A DNA stretch of 59,080 nucleotides from an uncultured Armatimonadia bacterium (GTDB lineage: Bacteria > Armatimonadota > Zipacnadia > Zipacnadales > CAYWBK01). The notes below the pieces were generated by a model, which saw only the letters and a program-made list of their open reading frames with translations, was not told the DNA's origin and searched no databases. Below, in pieces: positions 1 through 6,635 of this stretch. The stretch covers positions 1 to 59,080 of the forward strand of contig CAYWBK010000001.1 in assembly GCA_964455745.1 (NCBI GenBank), in the 5' to 3' direction. Position numbers and translations under genes: made by a program. Numbering within the stretch: the first letter of the stretch is position 1; every line of letters starts with the position of its first letter.

Positions 1-2
1 TC

Positions 3-62
3 CAGACGATGGAGACCCTCGGCAAGAACATGGCGTGGCTACTCAAGAAGCTGAATGCGTAG
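3..62 (+). CDS. 3' end of an unidentified gene (partial, runs off the window start)
   Basis: Frame open from the window edge, ending ...QTMETLGKNMAWLLKKLNA with TAG at 60-62. Too short to assign a family. Confidence 0.3.
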   Translation, partial: QTMETLGKNMAWLLKKLNA

Positions 63-140
63 ACAGCTCGGACGATCTCGACGACAAATCGGCCCTGCAT
101 CACGAAGGACCGCCGCTGTCACATGCGCGCGTCGCGAGGG

Positions 141-761
141 TCATTTGCCATAATAGGTCATGAGGCGGAAGTCCAGATCGTCAGCAAGCTCGTCGAACGT
201 TACGCACGACACTCTCTGCGAGTCCACCATGACCTTGTCGGTTCGCCACCGCAGACGGTCCATCTCTCTGCTCTCGAGGTGTACATCCTTGCCAACCACA
301 ATCAGACCATGGAAACGGGCTCTTCTGCTTCCGAAGACGCTCTCGAAGTCGCCCGTGCTGCGCTGATCCTCCAGCGTCCACAGCCAATCAACCACTTGGG
401 AGAACGCGTGCTCATAGCGGGGCGACCATTCGAGAACCGACCTCGCGCGCTTGACGAAGAGACCGTCAGGGGCTGCGTCCTCGAACTCCACCAGCAGATA
501 GTCGTGTTTGGCTGTGTTCCCCACGATCAGGTCGGCTCTGAAGTGCTCACACAAGGGGTATTCGTGCGTAAGCGCATCTGCAGACCCGATATTGAGTACA
601 TACCCCCCTATCAGCATGGACAAGTTGCATCGAGCCTTGAAGAAGGGCAGGATGTGTTGCCGCTCAGCGAGATAGGGTCTGGAGCGTAGCAGGGCTCTGA
701 GCTCCGCCAGTTCGGTACGACACACCTCGGGATCGAAAACGCGCCGCTCTAACCCCCTCAC
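141..761 (-). CDS. Short DUF4263/Shedu-type PD-(D/E)xK-like nuclease domain protein (206 aa)
   Basis: GTG start overlaps the upstream stop (GTGA at 758-761). Blocks FRADLIVG-x9-YLLVEFED, FSQVVDWL, GLIVVGKD and VTFDELADDL occur in the order typical of DUF4263. Call rests on motif recall only. Confidence 0.5.
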   Translation of the reverse strand: MRGLERRVFDPEVCRTELAELRALLRSRPYLAERQHILPFFKARCNLSMLIGGYVLNIGSADALTHEYPLCEHFRADLIVGNTAKHDYLLVEFEDAAPDGLFVKRARSVLEWSPRYEHAFSQVVDWLWTLEDQRSTGDFESVFGSRRARFHGLIVVGKDVHLESREMDRLRWRTDKVMVDSQRVSCVTFDELADDLDFRLMTYYGK

Positions 762-1048
762 TGTGCACTTCCATCCGCCTGCAAGTGCTTCACGCGGTCA
801 GGCCTCACGATGTCCTCGACTATATAGCCGTCTCCCCGGCGGGAGAACAGGACGCGTAACTGTGGCGACGCTCTGAACGCGTACAAGCCTTCGGCGGAGC
901 CGGTTAGTCGGCGCACGTTGTCACTGGATACGAGTTGTCCTGCGTCGTATGTCCCGAGCAGACTCACCGCGCGAAGGACCTTCCCCTGCTCCGTAGGACG
1001 CAGGGTGCGAAGCGCAATCTCAGCTCGGCCAGCCATGCTTACCGTCAT
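758..1048 (-). CDS. RelE/ParE-fold small protein (96 aa), first gene of a two-gene operon
   Basis: SD AAGGTGA lies before the ATG at 1048. Pattern AEIALRTL..RRLTG..GLYAFR..QLRVLF..YIVEDIV resembles RelE/ParE toxins. Confidence 0.5.
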   Translation of the reverse strand: MTVSMAGRAEIALRTLRPTEQGKVLRAVSLLGTYDAGQLVSSDNVRRLTGSAEGLYAFRASPQLRVLFSRRGDGYIVEDIVRPDRVKHLQADGSAQ

Positions 1049-1097
1049 CGATAATCACCTTACGGCTCGGCCTGCGCTGCTCCGCAGCCGTAACTCA

Positions 1098-1127
1098 ATG
1101 ATAGCCTACCCGTTTCCTGCCCGTCAA
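1098..1127 (-). promoter_or_regulatory. Sigma70-like promoter candidate for the 1048..141 operon
   Basis: Minus-sense TTGACG (1127..1122), 18-nt spacer, TATCAT (1103..1098), about 50 nt upstream of the ATG. Confidence 0.35.
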
Positions 1128-1166
1128 CCGCCGTATGGGCGGAATCCGCGCGCTGCCCGTTTCGCC

Positions 1167-1946
1167 TTACTTGGCTGTGACCCATGCCAGGCACGACTGC
1201 ACCAGCTTCGCGTAGGCATCCCTCGCGGCCACTGCCTTCGCGTCCTTGGGGTCCGCGACGGACAGGGCGCTGGCGTCGACAACCGCATACCTGCCCTGTC
1301 CCTCGGTCGCGGCGACGGCGATGGTGACGCCCCCGGCGGATGCCAGCTTCTCGGCTTGCGGGGCCATCAGCCGCACGCCCGCGGGCGCTGTGCCGAGGTT
1401 CTTGAGGCCTGCGACCGCCGGATGGTCCGTCACCTCGACTGCTCCCGGCCCCCTTCCAAGGATCGCGGTCACATCGAGGCCGAGCATCAGGCCATTCACG
1501 GAGACGATGCGCATGACGTTCGGGTCCGAAGCCCGCACCAGGATCAGCGCCCGCCCCCCGGCCCGCAGGTACTCGGTCAGGACAATCGATTCGGCGTCGG
1601 AAAACTGGCGGCAAGAGCCGACGATGGCGACCGCAGGCATGGCGCGCAAGCCGGCGATCAAGGGGTCCGTGATACCGACCGTCCGCAGCGCCGCGGGGTT
1701 CAGATCGGCCGGCACAAGCCCTGCGAGGGTCTGCGCAATGGCAGGCCAGTCGTCGTCCAGTGCGCCGAGGTCTACCAGCGCCCGGCCCTTGAAGTCATTC
1801 GCCGCCGGGAAAACCTGAAGCCCGGCTTCCGCTGCCGCTTTCTGCCCCGGCGGAGCCGAGGGCAAATCGGCAACCGCCACGGCCAGAACCAAAGCCAGGA
1901 ACGCCGCAACAAACGCGCACACCAGCCGGACGCGAGGCGCTCTCAC
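1167..1946 (-). CDS. Hypothetical secreted/membrane-anchored protein (259 aa)
   Basis: GTG at 1946 overlaps the TGA of the upstream gene (GTGA at 1943-1946). N-terminal hydrophobic segment LVCAFVAAFLALVLAVAVA. The longer ORF reaching 2171 overlaps the oxidoreductase gene and is rejected. Confidence 0.55.
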   Translation of the reverse strand: MRAPRVRLVCAFVAAFLALVLAVAVADLPSAPPGQKAAAEAGLQVFPAANDFKGRALVDLGALDDDWPAIAQTLAGLVPADLNPAALRTVGITDPLIAGLRAMPAVAIVGSCRQFSDAESIVLTEYLRAGGRALILVRASDPNVMRIVSVNGLMLGLDVTAILGRGPGAVEVTDHPAVAGLKNLGTAPAGVRLMAPQAEKLASAGGVTIAVAATEGQGRYAVVDASALSVADPKDAKAVAARDAYAKLVQSCLAWVTAK

Positions 1947-2941
1947 CTGAGCATCACCCGATCGCCCGTCTCGAGGGACTTGTGGATGCCCTCCGCCACC
2001 GCCACGGCCGCCCGCGCGTCTTCGGGCGAGATCAGCGGCTCGCGCCTCGTCCGCACGCACTCGGCGAAATGCTCCAATTGCAGCCTCAGGGCCCCCTGCT
2101 GCTTCCCGGCGAAGACCGGACCGTAGGTCACGTCGGGCCTCTCGGCACGCGTCGCGGACGCTACCTCGCACGATTCGTCGCCCAAACGCACGGCAACGCG
2201 TCCCGTGGTACCGACCAGTTCCATTCTTGCGTCAAGCGTGTTCGGGACACCTGCGGGGACGACCCAGCAGGTCTCCAGGCACCCGACACAGCCGTTCGCG
2301 AACCTCATCAGGGCGAAGATGCTGTCATCGGCCTCGGTGAGCAGCTTGCGCGCGCTCTCGGCATACACCGAGATCACCTCGGAGCCCACAAACCAGCGCA
2401 TGATGTCGATGTCGTGCACGCCGAGGAAGAATGCGACCGAGGTCCGGCTCTGAATGCGCAGACCCGAGGCGAGGATGTTGTTGCGCCGCCCGAAGACCTG
2501 GATCGGGTCGCCCGTCGCCCCGGCGTCGATGGCCTGTTTCGCGACCTGGTAGCGTGGGTCGAAGCGCACCACGTGCCCGACCATGAGGGTGACGCCGGCC
2601 TCGCGGCACGCGGCGATGATCGTGTCGCAGTCGGCAACCGATGTCGCCAGGGGCTTCTCGACGAGCACATGCTTGCCGGCCTGCGCGGCCTTCACGCACG
2701 GCTCGACGTGCCGCTGGTCATCGACGCACACGCTGACGAGCTGCACCTGCGGGTCGGAGATCGCCTCCTCGAGGCTGCCCGCCGCGTTGCAGCCGAACTG
2801 TCCGGCGAACTGGGCGGCCCTATCGGCAACAACGTCATACACCTGAACGAGTCGCGTGCCGGCGAGTTCCGCCCAGATGCGGGCGTGCCCCGTACCCATC
2901 ATGCCAAGGCCGATGACCGCCGCGCCGAGTCTGTCAGACAT
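1943..2941 (-). CDS. Gfo/Idh/MocA family oxidoreductase
   Basis: N-terminal Rossmann motif AAVIGLGMMGTGHA, EKPLA motif, length 332 aa. Confidence 0.9.
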   Translation of the reverse strand: MSDRLGAAVIGLGMMGTGHARIWAELAGTRLVQVYDVVADRAAQFAGQFGCNAAGSLEEAISDPQVQLVSVCVDDQRHVEPCVKAAQAGKHVLVEKPLATSVADCDTIIAACREAGVTLMVGHVVRFDPRYQVAKQAIDAGATGDPIQVFGRRNNILASGLRIQSRTSVAFFLGVHDIDIMRWFVGSEVISVYAESARKLLTEADDSIFALMRFANGCVGCLETCWVVPAGVPNTLDARMELVGTTGRVAVRLGDESCEVASATRAERPDVTYGPVFAGKQQGALRLQLEHFAECVRTRREPLISPEDARAAVAVAEGIHKSLETGDRVMLR

Positions 2942-2962
2942 GGGAGAACCTCCGTTGTGTGA

Positions 2963-3041
2963 CCACTAAGACACCAAATCACGAAAACGGCAAGACGGCC
3001 TGCGTATGCCTTTGCCGTTTCGTGCCCTCGTGTCTTAGTGG
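2963..3041. other. 79-nt two-tier hairpin between two same-strand genes
   Basis: ccactaagacac (2963-2974) pairs with gtgtcttagtgg (3030-3041). cacgaaaacggcaa pairs with ttgccgtttcgtg with a 1-nt bulge. 18-nt loop. Confidence 0.6.
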
Positions 3042-3057
3042 TTCGAATCCCCCGTCT

Positions 3058-4104
3058 TCAGCCGCCCCCGCCCATCAGGTACGCCTGCAGTAGCTTTACG
3101 CAGTTCTCCATCGCCCCCAGGTGGCCGATCTCGTAGCCGTGCGTGTTCTCGGTGGGGAAACCTACGCACGCGGCGCGGCCGATGTGTCCGTATTTCACCG
3201 CGGTGCTGACATCGCTGCCGAAGCTGCGCACGAGCATCGGCTGGCACTCCAGCCCCAGGTTCTTCCCCGTAAAACACAGCCGATCCGACAGGCCTTTATG
3301 ATAGACGAAGATCGCGTCTTTATAGAAGATCACCGGCTGGTCACTCATCATAATAGGATATTCGGGGGCAACGGGCGCGATTTCGAGCGCAATGGCCTCG
3401 GACGCCGGGACGTGCGCCGCCGCGTATGCGCCACCCGAGATGCCCGGCTCCTCATTGCTGGTGGCGGCCAGGTACAGATCCCGCGCCGGGCGTAAGCCTG
3501 ACTCGTGGATCGCCCGCGCGAGCAGGACCATCATAGCTACGGAGGCCTTGTCGTCGAGCGCGTAGCCGGCGATGCAATCGCCGAGGAGCATTGGCGTCTT
3601 GCGCGAGCGGGCGACACAGGCGCGAGTGCCGACGCGCACACCCTTCGCCGCAAGTTCATCCTTGCTCAGCTTGCAGTCAATATAGCACAGCCCCCAGTGC
3701 AGGTTGCCTGCCTTCGCCGCGGCGATCTGCGGAGATTCGCCGGTGCTGTGCTTGCTGCCGACGCTGAGAATCCCCGTGATGACCTCGTCGCCCAGCACGT
3801 CCCACGGCCCTTCGCCGTAGGCCCAGGGCACGCATCCCCCCAGAGGTTCGAGCCGCAGCAGGCCCTTGTCATCAATGGTGTGGACGATTGCGCCGATCTC
3901 GTCCTTGTGGGCGAGCACGAGGGTGGCATCCTCCGAGGATCGCCCCTCGATCTTCGCCATGATGTTGTCGTGCGGGTCTCGCCAGACGCTGTCGCAGCAC
4001 CCTTGCAGCAGTTCCTCGACAATGCCTTCCATCTCCCCCTCTTCACCCGAGGGGGAATGGGTCACAAGCAGCCGATCGAGAAGCGAGATCAGTTTGTCGC
4101 GCAT
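3058..4104 (-). CDS. M42 family metallopeptidase (FrvX/CelM-like aminopeptidase)
   Basis: MRDKLISLLDRLLVTHSPSGEEGEM..., LVLAHKDEIG, DDKASVAMMV; 348 aa. Confidence 0.85.
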   Translation of the reverse strand: MRDKLISLLDRLLVTHSPSGEEGEMEGIVEELLQGCCDSVWRDPHDNIMAKIEGRSSEDATLVLAHKDEIGAIVHTIDDKGLLRLEPLGGCVPWAYGEGPWDVLGDEVITGILSVGSKHSTGESPQIAAAKAGNLHWGLCYIDCKLSKDELAAKGVRVGTRACVARSRKTPMLLGDCIAGYALDDKASVAMMVLLARAIHESGLRPARDLYLAATSNEEPGISGGAYAAAHVPASEAIALEIAPVAPEYPIMMSDQPVIFYKDAIFVYHKGLSDRLCFTGKNLGLECQPMLVRSFGSDVSTAVKYGHIGRAACVGFPTENTHGYEIGHLGAMENCVKLLQAYLMGGGG

Positions 4105-4149
4105 ACGTCGTCCTTCCGGTTCGTGGCATTCCGCCGGGATGTGCGGGGT

Positions 4150-4200
4150 GTCGTTGCCGTTCTCCTGGCTCCTGGCTCCTGGCCTCTGGCTCCTGCCGTC
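4150..4200. repeat. Solo left-arm element: about 5 tandem heptads (CCAGGAG, minus sense) plus a GAACGGCAACGAC anchor
   Basis: Plus strand gtcgttgccgttc-tcctggc x about 5-tcctgccgtc, directly after the frame-corrected DUF2156 stop (4201-4203). Confidence 0.7.
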
Positions 4201-5117
4201 TCACTTCTGCCTCACCACGTACTTGTCCACCATTCGCACGGGACAGTACGACTCCTTCGCCTGCCGCAGGCCCGGAATGCCGAGGTCCTGCTCGCGGTTG
4301 ACGAAGGGGGTGTCGGCCCACTGTGCTCGAGAAACTGCTGGTTGATGGCCTGATAGAGACCGTGGAAGTTGCCGTTGGCCTTTTCGATATGGATGACGAG
4401 CGTCTCGGGGTTGAGCAACTCGCCGATCGTGAACGCCTCGACCCGGCCGTCGATGAGGATCGCGCCGCCGATGACGCCAAGGGTGGCCATGTTCCCGAGC
4501 ACCTCGCGGATCGCCGCGTGCTCGGCCAGAAGCGAGGCCACCAGGTCGCAGTGCTTCTCATCGCACCAGCGATCCTGAAGCTCCAGGCATTCGGGGACGA
4601 GGTCAGGAGTCAACCGGCGGTACTCGAAGTCGTGCTTCGACATGAACTGAGCGATGTGGTTCTTCTTCGAGTGATAGCGATTGCCGGACAACTCAATGAG
4701 ATCGCGGACGCTGTAAACATAGTCCGAGTTGTCGCGGTCTTCGGCGATCTCGAAGTCGGTGTCGGTGACGCCGCATCTGTCGAGATCGGCGCGGGAGGCG
4801 TGGGCCAGCTTCGGGTCGTGGCCGAGGTCCTCCAGAATGCCCAGGCACTGCCGCACCGTTTCGACGTTTCCGGCCAGCGGCGGGAGGATGAACGAGTCTT
4901 CGGGGTCGGGCCGGAGCGCAAACAGGCAGATGGCCTCGCCCGCCTTTGCGACCCGGAAGCCGTACTTGGATTTCCAGATGTGCAGATTGGTGAAGTTCAG
5001 GTCGGAGGTATCGGGGCCGTAAGCGGCGAGAGCCGCGCTGAGTTCCTCGCGGTTATCGAGAGCGACCTCGCACATCTCGGGCAATTGAGGGATCGGCATG
5101 GCAGCAGGTTTCCGCAC
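4201..5117 (-). pseudogene. DUF2156 (lysyl-phosphatidylglycerol synthase C-terminal-like) gene with a 1-nt frame break at a G5 run
   Basis: Main frame ends at 4212 with a junk tail. The adjacent frame reads FVNREQDLGIPGLRQAKESYCPVRMVDKYVVRQK* down to 4201. The switch is at 4306-4310 (ggggg). Confidence 0.65.
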
Positions 5118-5153
5118 TGAGGCGGGGATACCTGCCGGGTGGGGCGCAGGCGG

Positions 5154-5972
5154 TCAGTGCGCGGGCTGAGGGTTGGCGAGGATGGGCGAGAAGAAGGCGA
5201 GCACGCGGTCCGGTCTCGGGGCGTGCTTCTCGCCGGGGACGATCTCCTCAGATAGATTCCCCCACCCGTTGTCCGTCGCGAGCTTCCGAGCGGCCTGCCA
5301 TTGCGCGTACAGGGACGGGTAGTGACCATCATCGGAGCCGATGATCTCCCGGATGGGGAGCGTGGCGCGCTCGGGCGACTGCGACAGCGCACGGCCCGGC
5401 AGGCTGCGACCGATGAAGTTGCCGGAATTCGACACCGCCCCGGCGAGCAGGTCAGGATGCAGGAAGACCATCAGCCAAGTGGCGTGCCCGCCCGCTGAGA
5501 AGCCTGTGATGAAGAACCGATGCTGGGCGCTGAACTCGGTCTGCAGCTCCCCGACGATGGCCAGGATGCCTTCCTCGTCGAACCGGCCCCCGCCCTCGTG
5601 GGCGACGAGGTCCACCACGTCCTGTCCGTATCCCACGCCACTCGGATCTTGCTTCCCGGAGTTAGTGACGATTACCGGCGCTACGATGATGAACCGGCTC
5701 TCACGATCCGCGTTTGCATAGGCGCGCACCATATCGGGTTGCGCCCCGCGTGGGCAGCACACGACGAGGATCGGCCGGCTGGCCTGAGGCGCACCCTCCG
5801 CCGGGGGGGCCAGGTAGTAGCGCATGGCGTGGCCGCGCGCGGTCCGCGACAAGATAGAACGGGGGGCAGTCCCGTCCGCACAGGTAACCAAGGGCAGGCT
5901 CAGCAGGACACTCGCGGCGGCCACAAGCAGGGCCAGCTTGCGGCCCATCATGGATAAGCGCAACATCGGCAT
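5154..5972 (-). CDS. Secreted alpha/beta hydrolase (esterase, PHB-depolymerase-like)
   Basis: SD GGAGGTG lies 9 nt before the ATG at 5972. Signal-like MPMLRLSMMGRKLALLVAAASVLLSL. Nucleophile elbow GFSAGG. Confidence 0.7.
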   Translation of the reverse strand: MPMLRLSMMGRKLALLVAAASVLLSLPLVTCADGTAPRSILSRTARGHAMRYYLAPPAEGAPQASRPILVVCCPRGAQPDMVRAYANADRESRFIIVAPVIVTNSGKQDPSGVGYGQDVVDLVAHEGGGRFDEEGILAIVGELQTEFSAQHRFFITGFSAGGHATWLMVFLHPDLLAGAVSNSGNFIGRSLPGRALSQSPERATLPIREIIGSDDGHYPSLYAQWQAARKLATDNGWGNLSEEIVPGEKHAPRPDRVLAFFSPILANPQPAH

Positions 5973-6074
5973 GGGCAGCGACACCTCCGAGAAAGCGCAG
6001 AGCGCCGTCATCGACACTCGCGTGTGATTTCGGCGCTCTGTCGGCGAATCCCTGTGTGGATGCGGCAAACGGCT

Positions 6075-6151
6075 CCCCGACAAGATTGTCGGGGCCACTG
6101 GCTGGCTTGGGGCCTGCGCCTGATTCCCCGACAGGATTGTCGGGGCCACTG
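6075..6151. repeat. Two copies (51-nt period) of a hairpin repeat ccccgaca-ngat-tgtcggggccactg
   Basis: Copies at 6075-6100 and 6126-6151, each with an 8-bp stem. They lie downstream of the Cys-rich gene and upstream of the esterase gene. Confidence 0.8.
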
Positions 6152-6189
6152 TTTGGCCTGGGGCCACTGGCTGCTGCACACTGTCTGGC

Positions 6190-6477
6190 TCAGGCCGGTA
6201 TCTTCTTCGGAGCGCACAACAGGCTCTTGGTCGTGGCGACGCGCCCGCATTTATCGCACACGAACTTCAGCTCGGCCTTCTTCGCCTCGCAGATATGGCG
6301 CGCGCTTTCGATAGGCTTGCCGCAAGCGTCGCAGCAGGCCGCTTTCCCCTCCAGCGGAACCGGGTTGCACAGGTGGCCTTTCGATGTCGTGACGGCGCCA
6401 CAACTGGAGCAGACGAACGTCTTCTTGGCTGGTGCGGCCTTGGCCGGGGCTGCTTTGGCAGCCGCTGCTTTTGCCAT
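6190..6477 (-). CDS. Small basic Cys-rich protein (95 aa) with three CxxCG-x7-(H/L)-x-C knuckles
   Basis: SD AGGAGG lies 8 nt before the ATG. N-terminal AKAAAAKAAPAKAAPAKK. Cys at 23/26/37, 48/49/52/63 and 74/77/88. Confidence 0.7.
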   Translation of the reverse strand: MAKAAAAKAAPAKAAPAKKTFVCSSCGAVTTSKGHLCNPVPLEGKAACCDACGKPIESARHICEAKKAELKFVCDKCGRVATTKSLLCAPKKIPA

Positions 6478-6520
6478 TCGACACGCCTCCTATCCCTCAT
6501 GCGCGAACACGCATTGCGTT

Positions 6521-6566
6521 ATCCGTTTGCCAACGGATTGCAGTATCCGTTTGCCAACGGATTGCA
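6521..6566. promoter_or_regulatory. Two tandem 22-bp palindromic boxes (candidate operator)
   Basis: atccgtttgccaacggattgca at 6521-6542 and 6545-6566, with arms ATCCGTT-n4-AACGGAT. They lie in a divergent intergenic region. Confidence 0.5.
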
Positions 6567-6590
6567 CCGCTCTGTCCACGGTTGTATCAT
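6562..6590 (+). promoter_or_regulatory. Sigma70-like promoter candidate for the sulfatase-like gene
   Basis: TTGCAC (6562-6567), 17-nt spacer, TATCAT (6585-6590). The -35 overlaps the end of the second palindromic box. Confidence 0.4.
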
Positions 6591-6635
6591 GGATTCGTTA
6601 CCGCTTCCGAGACTCCTGCCGAGGTTTCGTATCTT

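Noticed and set aside
3038-3062. GGTTCGAATCC, the classic tRNA T-loop string, just after the long hairpin.
   Set aside because: The flanking bases give only a 2-bp T-stem (agtGG/CCccc). No acceptor, D or anticodon arms can be drawn. It also overlaps the 3' end of the M42 peptidase gene. Treated as chance or at most a tRNA-end relic.
4162-4195. Possible CRISPR-like arrays: heptad arrays (4162, 21184, 24043, 24556, 41587) and tandem hairpin repeats (6075, 6521).
   Set aside because: Units are 7 to 51 nt with at most about 5 copies. There are no unique spacers of regular length and no cas genes in the window.
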